A stretch of DNA of 32,000 bases from Candidatus Saccharimonadota bacterium (GTDB lineage: Bacteria > Pseudomonadota > Gammaproteobacteria > Enterobacterales > Enterobacteriaceae): NCBI GenBank assembly GCA_049942775.1, contig CP188087.1, positions 270,001-302,000 on the forward strand. The letters run 5' to 3'. The notes under the pieces are model-generated. The model was not told the DNA's origin. It did no database searches and worked only from the letters and a program-made list of their open reading frames with translations. Shown here one piece after another: positions 18,629 to 28,856 of this stretch. Position 1 is the first letter of the stretch; each line of letters begins with the position of its first letter. The position numbers were made by a program, and so were the translations under genes.

Positions 18629-20308
18629 TTATTTAGAGAATTTTAATAATTCTAAAGTTGTAGATAACATTTGTTTTTTTTCTAATTTTTGATTGTCTTT
18701 TTCTTCTAGACTTAAAGAAATAATATTTTCTATATTCATTGGATATAATTCGTTTAATATTAGAATATTGATAATTCTTTTTTTTCTGTTAATACTAACT
18801 ATTTTAAAACTAATAACATCATTAACTTTTAATTTTTTAATTTTTTCTGTTGATTGTAATAATTTTGTTAGATTTATTTTTCCTAATAACTCTTCATTAA
18901 TTTTTGTTAATATTGTTTCACCTTCCATTGAAATGACTGTTGTAGAAATTACTGAACCTATTTTGTTACTTTTTAAATAACAACTTAAAAAATCATCTTT
19001 TATTTGTTTTATTCCCAAAGAAATTCGTTCTCTATCAGAATCTACTTGTAATACTACGGCTACAATAGAATCTCCTTTTTTATATTTTTTTACTGCTTCT
19101 TCTCCTGGAAGATTCCAAGATATATCTGATAAATGTACTAATCCATCTATATTTCCATCTAAACCGATAAAAATGCCAAAATCAGTTATAGACTTAATCT
19201 TTCCACGTACCTTATCACCTTTTTTATACGAATTTTCAAATAATTTCCATGGGTTATCTAAACATTGTTTAATTCCTAAAGAAATTCTTCTCCTTTCCTC
19301 ATCGATATCTAAAATCATAACATCAACTTTATCATTAACTCGAACTACTTTTGATGGATGTACATTTTTATTAGTCCAATCCATCTCAGATACATGTACT
19401 AATCCTTCAACGCCTTCTTGAATTTCTACAAAACATCCATATTCAGTTAGGTTAGTAACTCTTCCAGTTATTTTAGAACCTTCTGGATATTTTTTAGATA
19501 TTTCTATCCATGGGTCTTTACCTAATTGTTTCAATCCTAAAGAAACTCTAGTTTTTTCACGATCAAATTTCAATATTTGAACAACTATTTCTTCTCCTAC
19601 ACCAACAATTTCACTTGGATGTTTTACTCTTTTCCAAGCCATGTCAGTTATATGTAGTAATCCATCTACTCCTCCTAAATCAATAAAAGCTCCATAATCA
19701 GTCAAATTCTTTACAATTCCTTTTACATTTATTCCTTCTTTTAAATTTTCTAATAAAGTAGTTCTTTCTGCACTGTTTTCTAATTCTATTACAGCTCTTC
19801 TAGAAACAACAACATTGTTCCTTTTTTTATCTAATTTTATTACTTTAAAATCTAATTCTTTTCCTTCAAGATGAATTGTATCTCTTATTGGCCGTACATC
19901 TACTAAAGATCCTGGCAAAAATGCTCGTATATCGTTTAATTCAACAGTAAAACCACCCTTAACTTTTCCATTAATTATTCCAACTACAGTAGTTGAATTA
20001 AAAAACGCATCTTCTAATTTTATCCAAGCAGCATGTCTTTTAGCCTTCTCTCTTGATAGAATAGTTTCTCCAAAACCATCCTCTATTGCATCTAAAGCAA
20101 CTTCGACTAAATCTCCTACTTTAACGTCCAGTTTTCCTTTGTTATTTTTAAATTGTTCTATTGAAATAGATGATTCAGATTTCAATCCTGCATCTACTAC
20201 TACCGTTTCTTTATCTATAGAAACAACAATTCCATTAATTATAGAACCAGGTTTTGTTTTTGTTTTTTGTAAAGATTCTTCAAAAAGTTGATGGAAAGAT
20301 TCTTTCAT
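18629..20308 (-). CDS. rpsA: 30S ribosomal protein S1
   Basis: 559 aa versus 557 in E. coli. It starts [13 protein letters not shown] (E. coli MTESFAQLFEESL) and carries six S1 repeats (G.V......G.FV.L..G..GL.H.S...W). There is no Shine-Dalgarno upstream, as is typical for rpsA. Confidence 0.96.
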   Translation of the reverse strand: MKESFHQLFEESLQKTKTKPGSIINGIVVSIDKETVVVDAGLKSESSISIEQFKNNKGKLDVKVGDLVEVALDAIEDGFGETILSREKAKRHAAWIKLEDAFFNSTTVVGIINGKVKGGFTVELNDIRAFLPGSLVDVRPIRDTIHLEGKELDFKVIKLDKKRNNVVVSRRAVIELENSAERTTLLENLKEGINVKGIVKNLTDYGAFIDLGGVDGLLHITDMAWKRVKHPSEIVGVGEEIVVQILKFDREKTRVSLGLKQLGKDPWIEISKKYPEGSKITGRVTNLTEYGCFVEIQEGVEGLVHVSEMDWTNKNVHPSKVVRVNDKVDVMILDIDEERRRISLGIKQCLDNPWKLFENSYKKGDKVRGKIKSITDFGIFIGLDGNIDGLVHLSDISWNLPGEEAVKKYKKGDSIVAVVLQVDSDRERISLGIKQIKDDFLSCYLKSNKIGSVISTTVISMEGETILTKINEELLGKINLTKLLQSTEKIKKLKVNDVISFKIVSINRKKRIINILILNELYPMNIENIISLSLEEKDNQKLEKKQMLSTTLELLKFSK

Positions 20309-20836
20309 AGTTGATATTTTTTTTTATACCATGTTAATTTCTAATTAACATCTTGTTAATTAAAATTATGATTCATCCCAGTTTAAATCCATATTATGGA
20401 GTAATTATGTATTAATAATATTGTTTATTTTTGAAATAGTTTTAATATTAAAAAATATATTTTTAAGGTTTATAAGATACATATCTTTAGATAATTATCT
20501 GGAAAGACAATTTTTTGTTCTAAAATAAATTAGATGCACTTGAAAATTTTTAAATAAAATTTATTAAAATTAACATTAAAGAAAGATTCTTGCAACAAAT
20601 AGATTATTTAATAAATTTATTTTTTTATTTGTACATAACATAATAATATATTGATTTAGATTTTAAAACTAAAAAAGTAATTAATTAGTTTGTTTAAGTA
20701 TTAATATATGAAGTTTATTTATTTATCAATGTTAAATTACTACTCTTCCAACCCTAACTTAATCATCTTAACAATTTACCAATTTAATTAATGACTTTAA
20801 AACTATGAGTTTAAAAAATCTATTTTTTAAAATTTT
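20309..20836 (-). pseudogene. cmk: Probable eroded remnant of cytidylate kinase
   Basis: In E. coli, and from memory in other Buchnera, cmk lies between aroA and rpsA. Here that slot is 528 bp with no ORF of 60 aa or more. One minus-strand frame reads FKVIN*IGKLLR*LS*GWKSSNLTLINK (about 20798-20718) and KFSSAS (20549-20532). These faintly recall the Cmk motifs VITIDGPSGAGKGT..ALQWHLLDSGAIYR and KIFLDAS. Confidence 0.35.
20331..20363 (-). promoter_or_regulatory. Structured rpsA 5' leader: triple-arm repeat able to form two mutually exclusive hairpins
   Basis: The plus strand reads a-tgttaatt-tct-aattaaca-tct-tgttaatt-aa. The middle arm is the exact reverse complement of both flanking arms, with identical 3-nt spacers. 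It lies 23-55 nt upstream of the rpsA ATG. Confidence 0.35.
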
Positions 20837-22123
20837 TTAATAATGACTTATAGAACTTAGTTCCTTGAAATAATTCGGAAAAGTTTTATTAATGCAATTA
20901 GGATTTATAATCTTAGTAGAAACATTGGATAATGCAATTAAAGAAAAACACATGGCTATTCTATGATCGTCATATGTTTCAATTTCACCATATAAAAATT
21001 TTTTTGGAGGAATAATTGTTAAATAATCATTTCCTTGTTTTACTACTGCACCAACTTTTTTCAATTCATTTGACATAGCTTCTAATCGGTCTGTTTCTTT
21101 AACTCTCCAATTATAAATATTTTTAATGTGAGTAGTTCCAGAACAAAAAAGAGCTACAATAGCTACAGTCATAGCTGCATCTGGTATATTGTTCATATCT
21201 AAATTAATACTTTTTAATTCTCTTTTGCTACAAGAAATAAAATTTTCACCAAAAGAGACAATTGATCCAATTTTTTGAAGTATTTTTGCAAAATATACGT
21301 CTCCTTGTATACTATTTTTACCCACTCCATGAACTGTAACTGTACCACCTTTTATAGCACCAGCAGCTAAGAAATATGAAGCTGAACTCGCATCTCCTTC
21401 AATTGTATAAATTCCAGGTGTTTTATACTCGCTATTTCCTTTAATAAAAAAAAATTTATAATTATTATTAACTACATCAATTCCAAAAATTTTCATTAAT
21501 TTAATTGTCATTTCAACATATGGTTTGGATACTAAATCTCCTATTATTTCAATTGTTGTATCTAATTTAGCTAATGGAGACATAATTAAAATAGAAGTCA
21601 AAAATTGACTGGAAATATTTCCCTTTAATTCTATTTTTCCACCAATAAATCCTCCTTTTACTAAAACAGGAGGATAATTTTTTTTTCCTTGATAAAAAAT
21701 TTTAGCACCACCTTGCCTTAAGGCATCTACTAGATGTTTTATTGGTCTATTTTTCATCCTATCATTACCAGTTATAAAAATTTTATTTTTATATAAAGAA
21801 AACAATGAAACTAAAGGTCTAATTGCAGTTCCTGCATTACCTAAAAATAAATTTATAGTTTTATTTTGTTTTAAAAAATTCTCCCCATTTCCATATATTT
21901 GACACGATTTTTTATCTTTTGATAAAGAATATGAAACACCTACTATTTTTAGTGCATTTAACATATATTTTGTATCTTCACTATCTAGTAAGTTTTTAAT
22001 GTATGTTGTACCTTTTGACAAAGAAGCTAATACTAATACTCTATTAGAAATACTTTTAGAACCAGGAAGAAAAACATTACCATTTACAAATTTAATTGGA
22101 TTTAACACTAAGCTATTAATCAT
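20837..22123 (-). CDS. aroA: 3-phosphoshikimate 1-carboxyvinyltransferase (EPSP synthase)
   Basis: 428 aa with LPGSKS.SNR.L.LA.L, LGNAGTA.RPL, RM..RPI..LV.AL and DHR.AM.F, collinear with E. coli AroA. An AGGAG Shine-Dalgarno lies upstream. Confidence 0.94.
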   Translation of the reverse strand: MINSLVLNPIKFVNGNVFLPGSKSISNRVLVLASLSKGTTYIKNLLDSEDTKYMLNALKIVGVSYSLSKDKKSCQIYGNGENFLKQNKTINLFLGNAGTAIRPLVSLFSLYKNKIFITGNDRMKNRPIKHLVDALRQGGAKIFYQGKKNYPPVLVKGGFIGGKIELKGNISSQFLTSILIMSPLAKLDTTIEIIGDLVSKPYVEMTIKLMKIFGIDVVNNNYKFFFIKGNSEYKTPGIYTIEGDASSASYFLAAGAIKGGTVTVHGVGKNSIQGDVYFAKILQKIGSIVSFGENFISCSKRELKSINLDMNNIPDAAMTVAIVALFCSGTTHIKNIYNWRVKETDRLEAMSNELKKVGAVVKQGNDYLTIIPPKKFLYGEIETYDDHRIAMCFSLIALSNVSTKIINPNCINKTFPNYFKELSSISHY

Positions 22124-22179
22124 GATTAATAATCTCCTAATAAAAAAAATATTTTTTTGAAATTTAAATTATGGGTTAA

Positions 22180-23265
22180 TTAACCATATTGTTTTTCAAA
22201 AAAAACCATAAATTCCGATAAAGATTTAACAGATTTAATATCCATTGAATTATAAATAGAAGCTCTAATACCTCCTTCTATAAAATGATTTTTTAAAAAA
22301 AGAAATCCTTGTTTTTCAGATTCTATTAAAAATTTTTTTTCTAAATCTAATTCTTTTAACTTAAACACCACGTTGGTCATGGATCGGTTTTTTGGATGAA
22401 TATCATTTATATATATACAACTAGAATCTATTACAGAATATAAATATTTAGCTTTTCTTTGATTTAGTAATTCCATTTTTTGTACTCCACCCATTTTTTT
22501 TATCCATTTAAAAACTAATCCAGACAAATACCAAGAAAATGTCGCTGGAGTATTAAACATGGATCGGCTATTTAATAAAATTTTATAATTTAAAATTGAA
22601 GGAGTTATTTTTTGAGCTTTTTTAATTAGTTCATCTAATATAATAATAATAGTTATTCCTGCTGGACCAATATTTTTTTGAGAACTAGCATAGATTAGAG
22701 AATATTTTTTAATGTCAATTACCTTTGAAAAAATAAAAGAAGAAAAATCGCAAATTATTTTTTTATCAAAAAAGTTAGGTTCTTCATGAATAGCCATTCC
22801 ACTAATGGTTTCATTAGGACAATAATGTACATATACTGATTTTTCTGAAAGATTCCAATATTTCATAGATAAAATACTTTTTTTTTCTTCATATATTTGT
22901 TTTACATTAATTATATTAGAACAACAATATTTAGAAGATTCTATTGCAGCTAAATTTGACCAATAACCGCTATTAATATAATCAGCTTCATCATTTTTAT
23001 TTAATAAATTCATAGGAATAGCAGCAAATTGACCTCTAGCACCTCCAGGACAAAATAATACTTGATAATTATTTGGAATGTTTAATAGTTCTCTAACATT
23101 ATTTTCCGCTTCTTCAACAATTTCTAAAAAAAAATGACTTCTATGACTAATTTCAATTATAGAAAAACCATTATTTTTCCAATTACAAAAATTATTTTTT
23201 GCTTCAATTAATACTTCTTTAGGTAACATTGCTGGACCAGCACTAAAATTATGTACTTCTTTCAT
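22180..23265 (-). CDS. serC: Phosphoserine aminotransferase
   Basis: 361 aa with NFSAGPAMLP, EISHRS, GGARGQFAA.PMNL, SSQKN.GPAG and MFNTP..F.WYL.GLVFKW, collinear with E. coli SerC. It sits upstream of aroA as in the E. coli serC-aroA operon. Confidence 0.94.
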   Translation of the reverse strand: MKEVHNFSAGPAMLPKEVLIEAKNNFCNWKNNGFSIIEISHRSHFFLEIVEEAENNVRELLNIPNNYQVLFCPGGARGQFAAIPMNLLNKNDEADYINSGYWSNLAAIESSKYCCSNIINVKQIYEEKKSILSMKYWNLSEKSVYVHYCPNETISGMAIHEEPNFFDKKIICDFSSFIFSKVIDIKKYSLIYASSQKNIGPAGITIIIILDELIKKAQKITPSILNYKILLNSRSMFNTPATFSWYLSGLVFKWIKKMGGVQKMELLNQRKAKYLYSVIDSSCIYINDIHPKNRSMTNVVFKLKELDLEKKFLIESEKQGFLFLKNHFIEGGIRASIYNSMDIKSVKSLSEFMVFFEKQYG

Positions 23266-23335
23266 TAATCTTTTCCTGCAAAGAAAATTGGTTAAGTTAT
23301 GTTTTTTTTATTATTAAAAATTTCCAAATTAATAA

Positions 23336-24622
23336 CTATATGTATTTAATGCCATTCATATATCTTTTTTGAAGAATAGTTGGGACTAAAATTTTTCCAT
23401 TTTCTAGTTGATTGTTTTCTAATATAGCAGCCAATGTTCTTCCTATTGCTAATCCAGAACCATTTAATGTATGTAAAAAAATTATTTTTTTTTCTGAATT
23501 TTTATATCTAGATTTCATTCTTCTAGATTGAAAATCTAGCATATTCGAACAAGACGACACTTCTCTGTAAGTATTTTGTGAAGGAAACCATACTTCTAAA
23601 TCATAAGTTTTAGAAGAACTAAAACTTAAATCTCCACAGCACAACAATTTTTTTTGATAAGGCAAGTTCAATAATTTTAATACTTTTTCAGCATTTATAG
23701 TTAATTCTTCTAAAGAACTCATTGAGTCTTCGGGTTTTACAATTTGTACTAATTCAACTTTTTCAAATTGATGCATTCGAATTAATCCTTTTACATCTTT
23801 TCCATAAGATGCAGATTCTAATCTAAAACAAGGAGTTTTTGCTACTAATTTAATTGGTAACTCATTTTCTGAAATAATTTTGTTTCGTACGATATTAGTC
23901 AATGGTACTTCTGCAGTAGGAATTAAAATATATTTTGAATGTTTTTGTTCAGAAGTCTTTTCTATATGAAACAAATCTTTAGTAAATTTTGGTAATTGTC
24001 CAGTTCCATATAAACAATTTCTATTTACTAAATATGGAACATAAGTTTCTAAATAACCATGTTTTTCAATATGTAAATCCATCATAAATTGACCTAATGC
24101 TCGATGAAGTTTCGCGATGTTACCTTTTATTATGGAAAAACGAGAACCAGAAATAAGAGCAGCAGCATTCCAATCAAATCCATTTCTTTCCCTTCCTAGT
24201 TCAATATGATCTTTAATTAAAAATTTAAATTTTGGTATTTCTCCCCAATTTAATATTTTTTTGTTGTTTTTTTCATTTTTCCCATTAGGAATTGAATCGT
24301 CAGGAATATTTGGTATTTCTAGAACAAGTTTTTTAATTTTTTTTTTTATTTCAGTTAATTCTTTCTTAAAATCATTTAATTCTTTTTGTATGGAAATGGT
24401 TTTAGAATAAAACGTACTAGAATCTTTTTTTAAAAACTTAGCATTACCAATTAATTTTGAAAGTAAATTCCGTTTAGCTTGTATATTTTCTGTTTTAAGT
24501 TGTATTTTTTTCCTTTTTTTGTCTAATAAAGTTATTTTTTTTGAATCTAAGTAAAAATTTCTTCTTAATAATTTTTTTTTTACTTCTTCTAATTGATATT
24601 TTAGCAAATTATTATCTAACAT
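23336..24622 (-). CDS. serS: Seryl-tRNA synthetase
   Basis: 428 aa with an N-terminal coiled-coil arm and the class II motifs FR.E..S.G.D..GL.R.HQF.KVE and TLNGSGLA.GRTL.A.LEN. Confidence 0.94.
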   Translation of the reverse strand: MLDNNLLKYQLEEVKKKLLRRNFYLDSKKITLLDKKRKKIQLKTENIQAKRNLLSKLIGNAKFLKKDSSTFYSKTISIQKELNDFKKELTEIKKKIKKLVLEIPNIPDDSIPNGKNEKNNKKILNWGEIPKFKFLIKDHIELGRERNGFDWNAAALISGSRFSIIKGNIAKLHRALGQFMMDLHIEKHGYLETYVPYLVNRNCLYGTGQLPKFTKDLFHIEKTSEQKHSKYILIPTAEVPLTNIVRNKIISENELPIKLVAKTPCFRLESASYGKDVKGLIRMHQFEKVELVQIVKPEDSMSSLEELTINAEKVLKLLNLPYQKKLLCCGDLSFSSSKTYDLEVWFPSQNTYREVSSCSNMLDFQSRRMKSRYKNSEKKIIFLHTLNGSGLAIGRTLAAILENNQLENGKILVPTILQKRYMNGIKYI

Positions 24623-24875
24623 AGTAAAAGGTTACACTTTGAAATTATTTAATTATGAAAAATTATACAAATCTTTTGAACTTTTCTCTAATAATTTAAT
24701 TTTATTCTTAAAAAAATAAATATAATAACTTTTTATGAAAATGTTAAACGTATTTAAATAGTTCTGTTTTTTTTTTTGTAAAAATGTTATATTTTTTATT
24801 AGATAATATTTTTTTTAGTTGATTATATTAATTTAACAAAAACTTATTTAGAGTTTAATATATGTTAAAAAGTTT

Positions 24876-25850
24876 ATGAAAAGAAAAATAATTAAAAGTA
24901 ATTTATTAATTTTAGGATCTGGTCCGTCTGGATATACTGCTGCTATCTATGCTGCTAGAGCTAATTTAAATCCAATTCTAATAACTGGCCCTATGTTAGG
25001 AGGACAACTAACTACTACGAATTTAGTTGAAAATTGGCCAGGAGATTGTAAAAAAATCACTGGAATTCAATTAATGGAAAGAATGAACAAACATAGTAAA
25101 AAATTAAAAACAAAAATTATTTTTGACACTATTGAAAAAGTAAATTTTAAAAAAAAACCTTTTTTTCTGTTTGGAGAAGAAAATATATACATCTCTAATG
25201 CAGTTATTATAGCTACTGGTTCCTATGCAAAATACTTAGGATTAAGATCAGAAAAGGAGTACATGGGAAAAGGTGTTTCATCTTGTGCTACTTGTGATGG
25301 AATATTTTATAAAAATAAAACTATAGCAGTAGTGGGTGGTGGAAATACAGCCATTGAAGAAGTTTTATATCTTTCTGACATTGCATCAAAAATACATTTG
25401 ATACATCGGAGAGAAAATTTTAAAGCAGAAAAAATTTTAATAAATCGATTATATAAAAAAATAGAAGCCAAAAAAGTTATCTTTCATAAAAATAGTATTG
25501 TTTGTGAAGTTTTTGGAAAAAAAAATTGTGTTTCTGGAATCAAAATTAAAAACCATAAAAACATTTATTCAGAAATTAAAATTTCAGGTCTATTCATAGC
25601 TATTGGTCATACTCCAAATACAAAGATATTTTTTAATCAATTAGAAACAAAACAAGGATATATTACAGTACAAAAAGTTTTAACAAAAAATTCTACTCAA
25701 ACTAATATATCTGGAATATTTGCAGCTGGAGACGTTATTGATAATTGTTATAAACAAGCTATTACAGCTGCTGCAACCGGATGTATGGCAGCTTTAGATG
25801 CTAAAGAATATCTGGAAAAAAACAAATTAATAAAAAATTATTTATTTTGA
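24876..25850 (+). CDS. trxB: Thioredoxin reductase
   Basis: 324 aa with [19 protein letters not shown], the redox-active CATCDG, GGGNTA.EE.LYLS and GD...[17 protein letters not shown]. Confidence 0.95.
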   Translation: MKRKIIKSNLLILGSGPSGYTAAIYAARANLNPILITGPMLGGQLTTTNLVENWPGDCKKITGIQLMERMNKHSKKLKTKIIFDTIEKVNFKKKPFFLFGEENIYISNAVIIATGSYAKYLGLRSEKEYMGKGVSSCATCDGIFYKNKTIAVVGGGNTAIEEVLYLSDIASKIHLIHRRENFKAEKILINRLYKKIEAKKVIFHKNSIVCEVFGKKNCVSGIKIKNHKNIYSEIKISGLFIAIGHTPNTKIFFNQLETKQGYITVQKVLTKNSTQTNISGIFAAGDVIDNCYKQAITAAATGCMAALDAKEYLEKNKLIKNYLF

Positions 25851-25883
25851 ACATAAATATTTAAAAATACAATTGAGAAAAAC

Positions 25884-26102
25884 ATGCCTAAAGAAAAGAG
25901 TATAGAAATGCAAGGTGTAATAATAGATACGTTGCCTAACACTACATTTAAAGTTAAATTAGAAAATGGACATAATATAATTGCTCATATTTCTGGAAAA
26001 ATGAGAAAAAACTATATTAGAATTTTAACTGGAGATAAAGTAACTGTAGAATTGACTACTTATGATTTAAACAAAGGTAGAATTATATTTCGTAGTAGAT
26101 AA
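25884..26102 (+). CDS. infA: Translation initiation factor IF-1
   Basis: 72 aa, the same length as E. coli InfA. It contains IEMQG.V...LPN..F.V.LENGH...[36 protein letters not shown], with T in place of the marked P. Confidence 0.96.
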   Translation: MPKEKSIEMQGVIIDTLPNTTFKVKLENGHNIIAHISGKMRKNYIRILTGDKVTVELTTYDLNKGRIIFRSR

Positions 26103-26162
26103 AAATAATTTTTTTTAAACAAATTTTATGTTTTCAAGAAATTCAACTAGGTATAAATATTT

Positions 26163-27914
26163 ATGCGAACTCACTATTGTGGTGAATTAAACGAAACTAA
26201 TATAAATGAATTGGTAAATTTATGTGGATGGGTTCACAGTCATAGAAATTTAAGTAAAATAATTTTTCTAAACATGAGAGATTGGAGTGGAATAGTTCAA
26301 ATAACTTTTTTAAAAAAAGATAAAAAATTATTTCAGCAAGCAACAAAGTTAAGAAATGAATTTTGCATAAAAATTTCTGGAATTGTAAAAAAAAGAAATT
26401 TAAAAAATGAAAATAAACTAATAAAAACTGGATTAATTGAAATAATTGCGAAGAAATTAATTATAATTAATGTATCTGAACCAATTCCAATAGATAGTTA
26501 TACAACCAATTCAGAAGACATTTTTTTAAAATATAGATATTTAGCGTTAAGAAAATTAGAATTGTTTGAAAAATTAAAGATACGAAGTAAAGCAATTCTT
26601 CTTGTTCATAAATTCATGCAATCAAATAAATTTATTCAAATTGAAACTCCAATTCTTACAAAAGTTACTCCAGAAGGAGCAAGAAATTATTTAATACCAA
26701 GTAGAATACATAAAAAAAAATTTTATGCGTTATCTCAATCACCACAGTTATTTAAACAACTTCTTATGATTTCCGGAATTGATAAGTATTATCAAATAAC
26801 AAAATGCTTTAGAGATGAAGATTTACGTTCTGATAGACAACCAGAGTTTTCCCAAATTGATATTGAAGCTGCTTTTATAAACGAAGAAAAAATACAAAAA
26901 ATTGTAGAAAATCTTATATCTTTCATATGGTTGAAAATAAAAAACGTTACTTTTGATAAAATAAAAAAGATTAGCTTTAACAAAGCTATGAAAAATTATG
27001 GAACAGATAAACCAGATCTTCGAAATCCAATGAAATTATTTGATTTAGAAGACATTTTAAAAGAAATTAAACATTTAGATGTTATAAAAAAAAATGTCAA
27101 GTCTACAGAAAATATAAGAATTACTGCAATTTGTATTCCAAATGGAATTGTTTTAAAAGAAAATAAAATTAAAACTTTAAAAAAAGAAAGTAAAAAAAAA
27201 TATGGATTCTATGAACTAATAACAATATTGGTTAAGGAAAAAAAATCGTTAGTAAATTATGATTTAAATAGTTCGTTAGATATAAATAAACAAATAATTT
27301 CCAAAATTATAAAAAAAGTTAATGCAAAACCTAAAGATCTGATTACAATTTTTATTGGTGTTACAAAAATAGTAAATAATGCATTGAATAGATTTAAAAC
27401 AAAAATAGGAAAAAAATTAAATTTAATAAATCCAGAAATATTTCATCCTATTTGGATAACTGATTTTCCAATGTTTAAAAAAGAAAAAAATGGAAAATTT
27501 TGTTGTTTACATCATCCATTTACTCAACCGAAATATTCTAATATAGAACAAATGAAAAACGAACCAGATAAAATAATATCTAAATCTTATGATTTAGTAA
27601 TTAATGGATACGAAATTGCAGGAGGATCTGTTAGAAATCACAATTTCGAAGTTCAAAAAACTATTTTCAGTTTAATTGGAATGTCAGAAAAAGAACAATT
27701 AAAAAAATTTGGATTCTTTTTAGAAGCATTTAAATATGGTACTCCAATACATGCAGGAATTGCATTAGGATTAGATAGAATAATTATGTTACTTACTAAT
27801 TCTAATAGTATTAGAGATACTATTGCTTTTCCAAAAACCACCTCTGCCATTTGTCCAATGACTGATTCTCCTAATTATATTAGTAAAATTTTAAAACAAG
27901 AAATTTTTTCATGA
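26163..27914 (+). CDS. aspS: Aspartyl-tRNA synthetase
   Basis: 583 aa. It starts MRTHYCGEL and contains FRDEDLR.DRQPEF.Q.D.E, HHPFT.P and GLDR..ML......IRD.IAFPKT. It ends in a TGA stop. Confidence 0.95.
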   Translation: MRTHYCGELNETNINELVNLCGWVHSHRNLSKIIFLNMRDWSGIVQITFLKKDKKLFQQATKLRNEFCIKISGIVKKRNLKNENKLIKTGLIEIIAKKLIIINVSEPIPIDSYTTNSEDIFLKYRYLALRKLELFEKLKIRSKAILLVHKFMQSNKFIQIETPILTKVTPEGARNYLIPSRIHKKKFYALSQSPQLFKQLLMISGIDKYYQITKCFRDEDLRSDRQPEFSQIDIEAAFINEEKIQKIVENLISFIWLKIKNVTFDKIKKISFNKAMKNYGTDKPDLRNPMKLFDLEDILKEIKHLDVIKKNVKSTENIRITAICIPNGIVLKENKIKTLKKESKKKYGFYELITILVKEKKSLVNYDLNSSLDINKQIISKIIKKVNAKPKDLITIFIGVTKIVNNALNRFKTKIGKKLNLINPEIFHPIWITDFPMFKKEKNGKFCCLHHPFTQPKYSNIEQMKNEPDKIISKSYDLVINGYEIAGGSVRNHNFEVQKTIFSLIGMSEKEQLKKFGFFLEAFKYGTPIHAGIALGLDRIIMLLTNSNSIRDTIAFPKTTSAICPMTDSPNYISKILKQEIFS

Positions 27915-27991
27915 TTATTTTAACATTTTTTTTTTAAAATATATCAAGTAATAAAAAATATATAAAAATTTTTTAAAAATCATTGACAAAA

Positions 27992-28798
27992 TTATTTTAA
28001 GAAAACATTTCTATTGTTTATTTTTATAAATCGACTTAATAAAAATACTAGAGCTTCGCACAGAACTATGGTTGGGCTAGTTGGAACGTCATAGTAAATT
28101 GAAATAAATAATCCCATGGTAGTTGAGCAGATACTAATTAAGATAGAAATAAAGATCATTTTTTCTGGAGATCTAGAAAACTTTTGAGAAGTAGAAGCTG
28201 GAATTACTAATAATGAAGTTATAATTAACACTCCTACAAATTTAATTGATATCGCTATTGTCATTCCTGTTATAAATATTAAAATAAATCGATTTTTAAA
28301 TATATTTATCCCATCTACTTTAGCTAATTCAGGATTTATAGTAACTAATAATATTGATTTCCAATTATAAATTAATATAATAAGTAAAAAACAAACATTT
28401 AAGAATAAAAAAAATAGATCGTGAAACGATACGAATAAAATATTTCCAAAAAAATAATCATTAATACTAATTTTTTTTTCATTTGGAATGATACTAATTA
28501 TGAGTAATCCCAAGGAAAGAAAAATATATGACATTATAGAAAAAATCACATCTAGAGAAAGATTTGAATCGTTTTCTAATAAAGTTGAAATTAGAGATAA
28601 AAAAAATATAAATATCAATAATACTAATAACGGATTTACATGAAATAAAATACTTATGGAAAAACCCAAAAGAGAAGAATGAGACAGAGTATCTCCAAAA
28701 CAAGACATTCTTCTCCAAATTATAAAGGAACCTATTGGAGCTGTTAAAAAAGATAAAAACAAACCTGCTAACCAACTAGGAAAAAATGAAAATGTCAT
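27992..28798 (-). CDS. znuB: Zinc ABC transporter permease ZnuB
   Basis: 268 aa. FPSWLAGL....L.AP.GSF..WRRMS.FGDTL.H.SLLG and ITSLL.IPA.T...F.R.PE are collinear with E. coli ZnuB. Confidence 0.9.
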   Translation of the reverse strand: MTFSFFPSWLAGLFLSFLTAPIGSFIIWRRMSCFGDTLSHSSLLGFSISILFHVNPLLVLLIFIFFLSLISTLLENDSNLSLDVIFSIMSYIFLSLGLLIISIIPNEKKISINDYFFGNILFVSFHDLFFLFLNVCFLLIILIYNWKSILLVTINPELAKVDGINIFKNRFILIFITGMTIAISIKFVGVLIITSLLVIPASTSQKFSRSPEKMIFISILISICSTTMGLFISIYYDVPTSPTIVLCEALVFLLSRFIKINNRNVFLK

Positions 28799-28856
28799 TA
28801 TTTAAAATTTCCTTTTTTAACTATATTTTAAAAATATTATTTTTTTTAAAAACTTT

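Noticed and set aside
18693-19421. ORFs 18693-18980(+) and 19173-19421(+).
   Set aside because: Both are antisense to rpsA, whose own frame is unambiguous across six S1 repeats.
24862-24879. Mini-ORF ATG TTA AAA AGT TTA TGA overlapping the trxB start, considered as a possible leader peptide.
   Set aside because: It is only five codons with no Shine-Dalgarno and no regulatory context. Such mini-ORFs are abundant by chance in AT-rich spacers.
26792-27850. ORFs 26792-26983(-) and 27653-27850(-).
   Set aside because: Both are antisense to conserved class II synthetase motifs of aspS.
28494-28775. ORF 28494-28775(-), 93 aa, on the same strand as znuB but in a different frame.
   Set aside because: It lies fully inside znuB. 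The znuB frame aligns with E. coli ZnuB throughout, whereas this frame gives Phe/Ser/Ile-rich nonsense.
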